Shown here: piece after piece, positions 38,007-50,949 of the stretch
Layout: each line of letters opens with the position of its first letter
How positions within the stretch are numbered: position 1 is the first letter of the stretch
Assembly (NCBI GenBank): GCA_964016885.1
Contig: OZ024746.1
Location: 10,292,001-10,356,000 of the forward strand
Source of the DNA: Eledone cirrhosa
Taxonomy: Eukaryota
Length of the DNA: 64,000 bases
Direction: 5' to 3'
Position numbers and translations under genes: made by a program
Notes under the pieces: model-generated
What the model was told of the DNA's origin: nothing
Seen by the model: only the letters and a program-made list of their open reading frames with translations
Database searches by the model: none

Positions 38007-38778
38007 GAGTCCAATATAACTTTGGTCGAGGTGGAGCTGACCATACATATATGAACGAATCCAATGGGATTGAGCGGCTCTTTCTGTTCATCTCTTGCAA
38101 TCCTTCCGAGTGGTTTTCATTATTAAAACATAATTTTAAATATTTTCTTTTACTATTCAAAATTTTGCAAATACCCGTCTTTTTGCGATATTTCCTTTTT
38201 TTGTATGCATGTTACAATATATATTTTATTTATTTATTATTTTGGCAAACAAATTATTTTGAATTTACATATATACAAAATTCCTGCAGGTACATAGAAA
38301 AGAGATAAAATGACGTCCACTATGTTACGATTTATTTTTTCTTCGTACATAATGCAATATTTCCTTTTATTTTACTAATAAATATAACGGAAAAGGTTAT
38401 TAACAAAATACAAGTCTAGCAAACCCATTAAAAACTTTATTAAACAAGTATTTGCATTCGTTTATTTTATGTTATGTTCAAGTTTTCTTTAATATATATA
38501 TATGTATATTGAAAATTATTTTGTGCAGTACTCAGGTGCACTACAACTTTTATTGTTTTTGTGTGTTCAAAAACAAGATGGTGTGGGACAGATCAAAGGA
38601 GAGACACAAAATAAAAACCTGGTCACTGAAGAGGTCACAGAATGTATGACGAAAGACCTTTGACAATATATAAACATTCTGGTTATTGAACCAACCAGCC
38701 GGAAAATTTATAATAAATTGAAGTGAAAACCAACAGGTGCATGTGTTTTTATTGGCAACATGGCCCTCCCAAAATATA

Positions 38779-38883
38779 ACATATATATATATATATATAT
38801 GCATGCAAGTACAACGTAGATAGAACATTAACATATATATATATATATATATATGCATGCAAGTACAACGTAGATAGAACATT

Positions 38884-38920
<37 letters not shown>

Positions 38921-38945
38921 TGCAAGTACAACGTGGATAGAACAT
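38779..38945. repeat. Three tandem copies of a ~30-bp unit separated by (TA)n
   Basis: ATGCATGCAAGTACAACGTAGATAGAACAT occurs three times with variable TA tracts between copies. Confidence 0.9.
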
Positions 38946-39406
38946 GAATCTATCAGGTTGTTTTAAAAAGATGGCATTGTGTTGTTTTGCTTGTTTGCAA
39001 AATAAGTCAATTCATGTAAAAAAAATAAAATAAAACAAACTCCACATTAAAACAAAATTTCTTTGGAATATAAATGTTAAATTTTCTAAAATATTTCTTC
39101 TCTTTAAATTTTTTTCTTGTTTCTTTTTGTTGTTGTTTTGTCAAAAGCTTAAAATTCATTGAAACTTTTTTTACATTTAGACATATATGAATAAACTTTT
39201 TGACTAAATGTTATAGTTTCTTTCTCGTTGACCAACACCTACATATTTGTTTCAATGACACCAGTTTTTACTAAGTCAACATTATGACAGCGTGCGTAAA
39301 GAAGAAATAAATTTGGGAAAAAAAAAACTTTTTTTTTATAACAAACGAAGAAAAATTTGAAATTTTAATAAAATATGAAACATTAAAGTCATTTTGAGTC
39401 ACGTAC

Positions 39407-39421
39407 CTCTTCTTTCTCCAT
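39407..39421 (-). CDS. PALB2: PALB2-like gene, exon 1 (start codon)
   Basis: ATG GAG AAA GAA GAG|gtacgt (MEKEE), phase 0, resembling the end of human exon 1 (EEKEK). Confidence 0.6.
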
Positions 39422-40015
39422 AATCACACATATATTTAAACAATTTTTATGATTCAATATAGTTTAGCCATTTTCAAATGCCGCCAAACAGACAGGAAGC
39501 GTTCGTGTGCGACAATATGTCAACGCTATATAAACTGTATGTATGTATGTCGGAGGTGAGGGAAATATTATGGATGGACATACTTGAAACCTCGCCAACG
39601 ATATATTCATTAGCTCTTATTATATTTTGGCTAGTTGAATGCCAATTTGGCTTCTGATAGAACACTGCATTCGACCTCATTTGTATGTATGATGAATTTA
39701 AAAAATCTGGGATTAGATCTAGGTTGGAGATTTTATTCAGGTGAAACCTTTGACGTAGTTTCTTGGATTAAAGTAACTTATCGAAGACTTCTTTTAAATA
39801 AAATATATCTTAAATTAAATTCATTGTTGATTAACCAAGGATGGGATGGCGAATAGGATGGAAATATATTTTTTTTACATATACGTATATGAGAGAGTAC
39901 AAAATTAAAAGTTACTAAATCTGGTAGGACACGAACTTCCAATTTGTACCTGCCACGGGTGGTATCATTGAAAATAGGGTATTATTATAGAACACCTCCA
40001 TCGATTTTAGTAGGA

Positions 40016-40696
40016 AATAATTGTTTCTACGTTTGGCACAGCAATTACTCAGTGCATTACTGGTACTTTATTTTATCGACCCCGTAAGGATGAAAGGCAA
40101 AGTTAACCTCGGCGGGATTTGAATGCAGAATGGCAAGGGCCGTAACTCTATACGTCAAAGCATGGCGTCCGACCCTCTACCGATACTGCCAAATCCACCG
40201 CCCGATTTTAGTATTAAATAATTGTTTCTACTTTTGGCACAAGGCCAGTAATTATGCCAGTGCATTACTGGTACTTTATTTTATCGACCCCGTAAGGATG
40301 AAAGGCAAAGTTAACCTCGGCGGGATTTGAACTCAGATCATAAAGGGGCGTAACTCTATACGTGAAAGCATGGCGTCCGACCCTCTACCGATACTGCCAA
40401 TCCACCGCCCGATTTTAGTAGGAAATAATTGTTTCTACTTTTTGGCACAAGGCCAGCAATTATCTCAGTACATTACTGGTGCTTTATTTTATCGACCCCG
40501 TAAGGATGAAAGGCAAAGTTAACCTCGGCGGGAATTGAACTCAGAAATAATGGTTTCTAATTTAGGCACAAGACCGACAATTTTTGGGGAAAGGGAAAGT
40601 CAATTAAATCGACCTCAGTGTGTTACTGGTACTTTATTTTATTTACTCCCGTAAGGAAGAAAGGCAAAGCTAACCTCGGTCGGGTTTGAACTCAGA
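40016..40696 (-). repeat. Four head-to-tail copies of a tRNA-derived SINE
   Basis: On the minus strand: A box TGGCAGTATCGG, B box GAGTTCAAATC and central GCCTTTCATCCTTACGGGGTCGATAAAATAAAGTACCAG. Two copies are full length and two are 5'-truncated. Confidence 0.88.
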
Positions 40697-40724
40697 AGCA
40701 ATAAGTAGGAGATAATACTGTAAA

Positions 40725-40755
40725 GGGCGTTTTTCCGCGGAAAACGGAAGTGGAA
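40725..40755. promoter_or_regulatory. Candidate E2F-like palindrome plus ETS site
   Basis: TTTTCCGCGGAAAA (40731-44) abuts CGGAAGT (40745-51) in a rare CpG-containing patch 1.3 kb upstream of the PALB2 ATG. Confidence 0.35.
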
Positions 40756-43597
40756 AGGGGGACGCTCGGAACTCAAATTCTAAAATTTTATACTGAATTT
40801 CACCCATTATAGACAATTGGATTTTTGCCTGGTCAGAATGTTTGCTATTTTATCAGAAACTGAATAGTTTATTTTGATTCCTATTTCTATTAAAGTCAAA
40901 TCTGAAGAAATTGTAACGAAGATCGAAGTTATCCATATTTTATTATCTGCATATCATTTTGTATTTATTTGGTCTGGGAGAAGAGGGTTGTACTCATAAC
41001 CGTCACAGAACCTCTGGAACTCACGAGATCAACATGGCTAATTAATATTCCTCTTGTAAGTTGATGGCTGCAGGAAAAAAACATGGGAAGTGTGGTAATT
41101 ACAGAGGACTGATTCTCTAGGAAGGAAGTACTGGGTGAAGGAGTTGTATGGGATATTGGGCGGAGGACATGATATAAATGATGAGAAAGAGAAGAGATGA
41201 GTAAGTGAAGAGTACCTGACCAACCAGTCGTGTGAAGCAGAAGCCACTATAGTAGCAATAGAGAAAGTAGTGTGAGGAAACAGCATTTGTACACCAGAGG
41301 TTGGAGCATATTTGTAAGTTCATGCTAATAAGTTAGATTACCATTTTTTGTTATTGCTTCTTTTTTTACTGTCCCAGATGTATAAGCATTGCTCTGCTGT
41401 TGATCTCTTAAAGTTTATTTTCACCACTTGGTAAGCCACAATAGCTGGAATCTTTAAAATGTAAATATAGCCTTTTAGATTTGTTTGGCTTTTTTCTTTT
41501 TTTACAACCAACTGTGACGGTGAACAATAAATTTTCAGGATTAAAAATTATTTAAAAACAAAAAAAAAAACATAATAACAAAGAAACATTATGAGTTAAA
41601 TCTGATTGAGTTGTTTTATATTAACAGATATTTAATATTAATCACTGCTATAAATAAACATTTCCAGTAACATAAACAAATTTACTCATGCTAAATGTCA
41701 AAAATATATTCCTCCGAAGAGATCAATTTTGAGTGAATGTTTCATTAGCATTGTTTGATTCGTAAGGTTTTTTTGTCTCATTACATCAATACTTATGATT
41801 TAGTGGTTGGAAGAAAGGGGAATGGAGTGATGGACACTGCTTTTTCATCCCTAATAAACCATAAACACAGTAAACAAAAACAACAACAACCCAAAACAAG
41901 TAGATAAAAGGTCATGTTTTTCAGCAGCATATGCAGAAACTTGTAACATAAGAAGAGACCCTTTTAAAAGAAATACTACAAACCTTGCAATGTTGTGATA
42001 GGCTAGACTACACTTAGACAAGTTGTTTAGATAAGATTTTAGAAAGTTAAACATCAAAATCAAAAATTATATGAAATAAGATATAGACATGGGAAAATAT
42101 TGTTTTAAAAACTTGCCCTACTCATTCCAGTGAATGAAAATATATTTAGCAATTAATAATAAAGATGATTCAGTCTTCCTATTTTACTGCTTGATGAAAT
42201 TTTCATAAGAAATACTAATTAGTTTACATTAAAGTTATATTACTTCCTGCATACTATCTGCATTCAATTAACAAGGAGCTTACATCTCTACTAGTTTTCC
42301 TGTATTATCTTTCCTTTCATATATTAGCTGACATTCGTTCAGTTAGTCAATATTCGTATATTTATAAAATATGATATCATTCATTCATTTGTAATCTCCG
42401 TTCAAGACAGAACTCAACTCCTCGCTAAAGCACATAATCCTACATTAACACACCAAAGTCTCACACTTCACATTTCACTGAAGGTAGATGAGTTCCAAAG
42501 TGAGATGAGATGTGATGTGGCAGAGCTGAATCAAATACCACACTTCTACTATTGGATATAATGGTTCCCTAAAGGCATTTCAACTTCAATGTAATTAATT
42601 ATGAAGTCTCACCATCACCATTTAATGCTTATTTTTCTTCTTGCATTGGTTAGGTAAGTTGTCATGTGCTGAGGTCAGACTGGTCAGGTGACCATGTCCT
42701 GTTTGTATGCTCCATTTTGGCTTGGTTTCTATGACTGGATGCCTTTCCTAACATCAACCACTTTACAGCCTGTGCTGGAAGCATTTAATCATAACTCCTT
42801 ACAGAGTAGACCGGGTGCTTTTTCATTGTGGAACTGACATTATCACCTGATAATGTGGACAGGGTGGTTTTTATTGTTGCATCAGTACTACCACTTTACA
42901 GAGTGTACTGGGTGTATAAAAGAAGTACTGGTGTTGGGGATTGACTAAACCACTCACCTTCATATTTCTAACGTTGTTCTTATGTAATAAATAATTTTTT
43001 AAAATAAATTAATTCCAAGTCTCCATCAAAAATGTGGTATAAGGTTCACTACCAACCAACTTTCATTCAGACATCATCTCTAAGAGATTGGCAACCAAAG
43101 CTAAAGAGCTTATCACCTGCTCATGAAACATAACTCACTCCCACCAGATATCAACTGGATATTTCAATGTCTTTTGTTAAGGATCTGTAACACAGGTGGT
43201 GAAATGGGTCCCCATCAATGTCAGTTATGAGTGTTTCATTTGTTTGATCAATGATAAAGCCTGCTCATGAAAATAACATGTGATACATGTACCTTGAATG
43301 TAATTCTCAGGGAGATTCTACATGACATAGTGAGTCAATGACAAAGCTGGCCTCTCAGTTACAGGTACAATCCATCTGACAGGCTTTCAAACAGTTTCTG
43401 TCTACCCAATTTCATTTATCAGCTATAGGTGCCATATTAATCATATATATTTCATTTTATCAATGTTAATGTTCCATTGTGGATTTTACCCAGAATTCCA
43501 TACAGACTGACAGTATTAAAATCACATAACAAAAATCTTTTTATAATCCGTGGCAATTTTTTAAAATATTTCTTCCTCTTCATTTGAAAAGAAGTCC

Positions 43598-43740
43598 TGC
43601 AAATCAATTATTTATAGCTCCATAAGTTATTGTAAAGAATGCAAGTGTCTTTTGTTATCCTTCCTCTTCCATTTTCATAACCACAAAAGACACTTGCATT
43701 TTTTACAATAACTTATGGAACTATAAATAAATGATTTGCA
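43598..43740. repeat. Fold-back (~60-bp arms)
   Basis: TGCAAATCA...CATAAGTTATTGTAAAGAATGCAAGTGTCTTTTG and its reverse complement flank a ~27-bp loop. Confidence 0.85.
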
Positions 43741-44252
43741 TGAGGCTATGGAAATGAAAATAACACTTGTCCAAGATGTCATACATTGTGATTGAACCCA
43801 GGACCTAATGATAGCAAAGCAAAATTCTTAACCATTTGGCCATGCTGTGTTCATAAGCCTGGTAGTGCATAAAGGTAAAATGCCTTCAGTTATAAATCTC
43901 ATTCCTCTATATTTAGTTTAACATCTAACCAGGATCAACTATGTTTTTCACCCAGAATTAATAAAAGAACTGTTTGTGTTGGTAATTGACTAAACCACTC
44001 ACCTTCACATTTCTGACCTTGTTCTGATGTAAGAAATCATTATGATAGAATGCTATTCCATAGAAAACAGTATTAAATTCCTCTCAGAATAGAGGCTAAT
44101 GATAATAATGATATAGTTGGTAGAGAGCCAGACTGGATGCTCTATTGAATCTAAAGAAAGAAAAACAAAAAAGAGCCAGTTAGATTCTTGTGTATATTGA
44201 ACATATGTGTATGTATATATATATATACACACACACACACATATATATATAT

Positions 44253-44374
<122 letters not shown>

Positions 44375-44384
44375 GTAGTAATAT

Positions 44385-45050
44385 ACGTGAACAGCAAAGC
44401 ATAAACGAACTAAGGGAGAAATTAGGAATAAGAGGGATCAGATGTTGTTTACTCGAGAGAAGACTACGTTGGTAAAGTCACGTGATGTGCATGAAAGACG
44501 ACAGCAGGGCGATAAAAATAGACGGTAGCCACGGAGTAGGCAGACCCAGAAAAACCTGGGACGACTTGATAAATTCCGACCTCACACACTTACACCTCTC
44601 CAAGACAATGTCACTGGACCGAGATCTTTGGCGCTACACAGAAACACAGAAGACCCGCCTTGCCTAAGTACAAAGTGAAACCTACAGTCAGTAGGCACCT
44701 CTAACAAAAATACACCCCCGTCCCACTACCCCCACCCCATCCACACCACCCCTTTCAATGTAAAGTTATGTTGGTACCACAACATCCAGTCCGAAATGAA
44801 TGAGGTTGTGTATGTGTCACAACAAAAAAACACACAGTCCACGCTGTAATGTGGCCGTGTAGGTAACCCGGTAAAAACCTCCCAGTCCACACTGTAAACG
44901 GGGTTGGTGTTAGGAAGGGCATCCAGCCGTAGAAAACCCGCCAAACAGTCCTATACGAGCAAGACAACCAATCTTGCCTCAAGTGGGAAAATTCCCGTCC
45001 AAACCCATGCAAGCGTGGAAGATGGACGTTAAACGATGATGATGATGATA
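44385..45050 (+). mobile_element. RTE LINE 3' end with 3' UTR and (GAT)n tail
   Basis: VREQQSINELREKLG...RRLRW..HVM...GRPRKTW...DRDLWR, then UTR and TGGACGTTAAAC(GAT)n; it lies next to a TA/CA microsatellite. Confidence 0.88.
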
Positions 45051-46257
45051 TATATAAATACATAAATGGAGAGAGCTATTAGTGATACTCCGACCAATTT
45101 CCAACTCACTCAACAAACATTAGGAAATATCGGAGTATATTCCCAATTAAACGTTTGGGGTGCTAACTATATTGTATTGTGTGGATAATCTGCTGTATTA
45201 TTTTATATGAGATATATTAAAATCTCATTCCCGATACGATTGTTTCATTATAAGATTTCTACATGGTGGGTGAAATTTTACCAAGTTATGTAGAAGCTTG
45301 CATAAGATCAATGGATTCCCATGCAAGTGGGCTCTTATAAAACTTCAGTGGGTGCCCAATAATATTAATATTAATAACTAAATCAACATTAATATATATA
45401 TATATATATATATCATCATCATCATCATTTTATGTCCGCTTTTCCCTGCTTGCAAGGGTGGGACGGGAACTGATTCTGGCTTAATTTCTACAGCTGGATG
45501 CCCTTCCTAACACCAACCTCACTTACAGTGAGTGTTGGGTTCTTTTTTTATTGTGGCGCCTACACGTCCACTTTACAGTGTGGGCTGGGTGCTTTTTTGC
45601 CATGGCACCTCCACGACCACTTTGCAGTGGAATGATAGGGACCCCAGTCCCTATCATCTCATTGCTACAGCTGAGTAAACTGGAGCAATGTGAAATAAAG
45701 TGTCTTGCTCAAGGAAACAACGCATCACCCGGTATATATACACATATATATATATACACACACATATATATATATATATACACACACATATATATATATA
45801 TACACACACATATATATATACACACATATATATATACACACATACATATATATAATATTAAGGATACTATTTATAGTTATGTATACACTATATACAACTA
45901 TAAACAGGTAAGGACAGTAATGTATTACTACCTTATTACCAGTAAGATAAATAGCTCAATGTAAGAACATCATTTGTTATACAGAGCAGTAATATAGAAT
46001 ACACAAGAATCAAAGCTATATTAGAACATTTAATTGCTGACAATTGTTTCTTCCAAGCCTAGGCTTGAAGTCTTTGGAGTATTATTAATAATGTTTTTAT
46101 TTATGTACTAGTCGCTCTTGTATTATCTGTCACATGCTCCATCAAAAGCTTTTAATTGTAATTTTGAATCTTACCCATCACACACTGTTGTCAACAATAT
46201 GTATCTGTATGACTCTTCAGCAGAATAGGAGGCTGATTAGATGTAAAAACATTATTA

Positions 46258-46422
46258 ATAATTGTTTCTACTTTAGGCACAAGGCCAGCAATTACCCAGT
46301 GCATTACTGGTACTTTATTTTATCGACCCCGTAAGGATGAAAGGCAAAGTCAAGCTCGGCGGGATTTGAACTCAGATCGTAAAGGGACGTAACTATGCTG
46401 GAAAGCATGGCGTCCGACCCTA
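46258..46422 (-). repeat. tRNA-derived SINE (same family as the 40 kb array)
   Basis: Same B box and central domain. Further copies lie at ~53815-54060, ~61580-62110 and ~28200-28390. Confidence 0.85.
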
Positions 46423-46612
46423 ATGCTCCAAGCCTAGGCTTGGAAGAAACAATTGTCAGCAATTAAATGTTCTAACATAGCTTTCATTCTTGTGTATTCT
46501 ATATATATATATATATACACATATATATATATATATATATACACACACATATATATACACACACACACACATATATATATATATACACACATATATATAT
46601 ATATGTATACAC

Positions 46613-46643
<31 letters not shown>

Positions 46644-48046
46644 CATATATATACACACACATATATATATATATATACACACATATATATATATATACAC
46701 ACACACACATATATATATATACACATATATATATATATACATATATATACACATATACACTATATTAACAAATGGAAACTATATTTATAAAACCATATTT
46801 ATTTTATTATACATATTTTTAATACATTATAGTATTACCTTTAATAGTCCTTCGTAAACATAAAGATTTTTTTTTTACGTTAGATTTTTCTTCCTTAAAT
46901 TCCTTATCTCTTCCTTTCATGCTCGTTTGACTTTTACATATTACAATACATAAAAACAAACTTAAACCATAACTAATTTCTTTTAATATATTATATTATT
47001 ACCATTAGAAAATATTTCGTAAACATATATTTTTTGATGTTAGATATTTTCTTCCTTAAACATTCTTCTTCTTTGCTTTCTGCGCTCATTTTTAAACAAA
47101 CTATTTACGTACATATATTACGCACACATATTACATTACATAAAAACAAACTTAAACACTAACTAATTCCTCTAAATTCATAACTCATCCATTCTTCTAC
47201 TTCTTTTCACATTATATCGTTAATAACATTAATATTTTTATTTTAATAATACATATTAATAATTTCTTTTCCTCGCACATATTATTAAACCCTTCAATAT
47301 ACAAACCTTAATTTAATATTATTCTTAACCCCTTTTTCTCTTCATCAATTTTTAATTTCAAATTCTTTTAAATTATCTATTATCTTCCAACGGCTTTTTA
47401 ACTTCTCTCTGTGAGACAATATATATTTTTTCTCAGTTGTAAAGGCTATCTCTCTCTTTCTATCAGCCATCTCACCTCCTCTGTCATCCTTCCTTCTTAT
47501 ACTCCTCCCCCACCATTCTTTACTCTCATCTCCTCCTCTTCCTTACCTTTCCCAACCCCCCTCACTTTTTCCCAATCTCATACATCAATCTTAAATTATT
47601 TTTCATATGTTGATTTAAAACTTCACTATTCACAAGTGTTTTTTAAGCTTCATATCATGTATCCCTATTTTATCTGATGAAAACGCAGATATCATCCCAT
47701 GATATATATATATATATATATATATACTCACAATCTTACCAAATCTTCCCTTTTTTCTCTCTTTTCTCCTCTCTAACAGGCATAACATTATCTTTCTTTT
47801 ATATTCTCCTGCTTTCATTTCTATTTAAAAATGAATGTTTTTTTCATTATATTTATTTTCTGTACTAGTTATATGGGCAACCAATAAGAATATTCATCCT
47901 TATAATGTTATCCAATCAAAACTCACCAATTTATTCAACCATTTCCACTCCATCTCTTTCAAACATCTGGCTTATGTTACCTTTTTTCATTATCGTCTGA
48001 AGATTGGAACCGATAAACTTGAAGTAAACATTTGTAAAGTTTCAGC

Positions 48047-49157
48047 GAGAGAGAATTTGGTGGTTTAGTGAGAGAGTGGGGTGTGTAGTGGTATAGAGTG
48101 AGGGGGAGAGAATTTGGTGGTTTAGTGAGAGAGGGGGAATTGTGAGAGAGTGAGGTGGAGAGAGTTTGTTGGTTTAGTGAGAGAGGAGGAGAGAATTTGG
48201 TAGTCTAGTGAGTGAGGGCTAATTGTGAGAGAGAGTGAGGTATGTAGTGGGAGAGAATTTGGTTGCCTAGTGAGAGAGGGGGAATTGTGAGAGAGAGTGA
48301 AGTATGTAGTGGGTTATCGAGAGTGAGAAAAGGTATGTTAAGAGAGTGTTGGTGGTCTAGTGAGTGTGTTGTATATAGTGAGATATAGAGAGCAGGAGAG
48401 AATTTGGTGATCTAGTGAGAGGGGGAGAGAGTTTGTTGGTTTAGTGAGAGAGGTGGAATTATGAGAGAGAGAGTGAGGTATATAGTGAGATATAGAGAGG
48501 GGGAGATAATTTGGTGGTCTAGTGAGAGAGGAACAATTGTGAGAGTGAGTGAGGTATGTAGTGGGATATAGCGAGGGGGAGAAAATTTGGTGGCCTAGTG
48601 AGACAGGGAGAACTGTGAGATAGAGTGAGGTATATAGTGGGATATAGAGAGCTGGAGAGAATTTCTTGGTTTAGAGAGAGAGGGGGAATTAAGTGCATGG
48701 AAGAGAGTGAGAGGGGGAGAGAATTTGTTGGTTTAGTGAGAGAAGGGGTATTGTGAGAATGAGAGAGAGAGTGAGATATGTAGTGGATTATAGAGAGAGG
48801 GAGACAATTTGGTGGTATAGTGAGGTATGTAGTGGGATATAGAGAGCAGGAGAGAATTTGTTGGTTTAGTGAGAGGGTATTGTGAGATATGTAGTGGAAT
48901 ATAGAGAGGGGAAGAAAATTTGGTGATCTAGGAAAGAGGGGGAATTGTGAGAGAGAGAGGTATGTAGTGGTTAATAGAGAGGGGTGAGAGTTTATTGGTC
49001 TAGTGGGAGGGGGGATTAAGAGAGGGAAAGTGAGTGAGGTATGTAATGGAATATAGAGAGAGGAAGAGAATTTGGTGGTCTAGAGAGAGAGGGGGAATTG
49101 TGAGAGAGTGAGATATGTAGTGGGATATAGAACGCGGGAGAGAGTTTAATGGTTTAG
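48047..49157. repeat. Degenerate G/A/T-rich satellite (~70-80-bp units)
   Basis: Recurrent GAGAGAATTTGGTGGTYTAGTGAGAGAGGGGGAATTGTGAGAGAGTGAGGTATGTAGTGGGATATAGA; the strand is almost devoid of C. Confidence 0.88.
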
Positions 49158-50789
49158 AAACCCTTCCTATGTAGCAGCAAATATTCACTACACATATCCT
49201 GTCCTCACACAAGTTATGACTTAATATTCAGTCACCAAATTCGAGTTAGATACAGTAATGCTATATTCAATTTTTTGAAGTCACCTGTTATGATTTTATT
49301 CAATAACGCCATTAGCTCTCTCTCCCTCTCTCTTCCATTTTCCTGAATCATGTATTAAGCACAGATTAAAACAAAAAGATCCCCTTGGTTATAAATGACC
49401 ATGGGTTTTGCACCTAGAAAGTTTCTCACTGGAGCACAAGTCTGGGTAAGGTGTATTTGTAGAAGGCCAGCTGTTGTCTATACATACCAGCCTCCTCTCT
49501 CCATGCCACCAATATTGTCCAAGGGAAAAGCAAAGGTCAATACAACTTGGCACCAGTGGCTTTGCAACTCATTTCTCTACTTGAGTGAACTGGAACAATA
49601 GGAAATAAAGTGTCTTGTTCAAGACACAACACACCACCTGGTCCAGGAATCAAACTTATACCCTCACGATTGTGGTCCCAATGCTTTAACCACTAAGCAA
49701 GCTGAACGAGCAATTTGGAATAGGCCCTATAGTTCAGTGTCAAATACTTGGATCGATTTTTCTTTTTCTTCTCTCTGAACTGGACAAATTGTACCATAAG
49801 AATGTTTTTTTGAAGGGCGGGGAGTATACTTACAGGACCCTTTTCTCCCAAAATGGAGACGAGTTGAGCAAGAAGCTAGCAACAGGAAGCGTGTAAGAGT
49901 TGACAGATGTCTAATACAGCATGAAACAGAAATAAAGATAAATCTATCAATGTTTATCAGAAGGTACCCGAAACCTTTGACCTATTGGACTGTAACCGCA
50001 CGTGGAAAGAAGAGCTTAAAATATAAGACACGAGCATGGTGATGTACAGCACTTACAGTAGAGGTGAGATTGCATGGGTTTGTAGCTCGATCCAACACAA
50101 CAGTTCAATGACTGAAACCAGTAAAAGAATATATATATTATATTTTTCTCAAACAGATTTCAATTTTTAATGATACTTAGAATGAAAACAAAGTCTAAAT
50201 ACAGCTTCTTCTTGCAGAATGATATAAATGTTTCGTACAAAGCGACTAAATTCAGAAATACGAAAATCTTTGATCTAGATAGAAAATAGTAAAAGTTTCT
50301 TTCCCGAATGCTATTCCGTAGATATCCAGCAGTATTACAGCAGTAAAGCTTGTAAATGTATGTCGTGACTTCCGTCATGCGCTGTTCTTAGTGAGTTCTT
50401 GCTAAGCATTAATTCGTTGTGATTTACTGATTTGTTATTGTCTTTAACATCATTACCGTTATTTACATGCAACCTATCGAGATCTTGAATTATTCTACAA
50501 ATTTTCCTTACACTCTATTATCTACAATTCGCATTTTGATTATTTTGCGTACATATATATCCATCTTTTATAGTCGTCCTCTGCTTTCACGTCGTTTATT
50601 TTGTCATCATTTGTCAGATTGTCCAGCACCTTTTACTTTTTATTATCGCCCATGGATAGTCGGCCGAATTTCTGGCAAAATACTTGATGTGGGATAAGAC
50701 TTAATAAGCAGTCGTGCGTTTACCAACGGGCGACTTGGCTCACATATAGGAGTTAAATAAATAATTTATAAAAAATACAACAAGGAGAA

Positions 50790-50949
50790 ATGTGCGCTGC
50801 CAATTCACCTCGGATTTTGGCTACCAAACCCTATGATTATCTGTTGAAATTCTTGCTAGTTGGAGACAGCGATGTCGGTAAGGAAGAATTACTCAACGGG
50901 ATGGATGATGGTGCCTCAGAGTCTCCTTATTATGGATTCTCGAGCTGTG
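50790..50949 (+). CDS. RAB40: Rab40 small GTPase, first coding exon
   Basis: [23 protein letters not shown]...DDGASESPY is Rab40-typical (GDSDVGK P-loop). Phase-1 donor G|gtaagt at 50950. I found no exon 2 in the window. Confidence 0.9.

Noticed and set aside
38779-38945. Repeat-spacer pattern resembling a mini CRISPR
   Set aside because: The spacers are only (TA)n.
40090-40410. tRNA genes
   Set aside because: The A and B boxes belong to SINE heads that run into a SINE body; no cloverleaf is evident.
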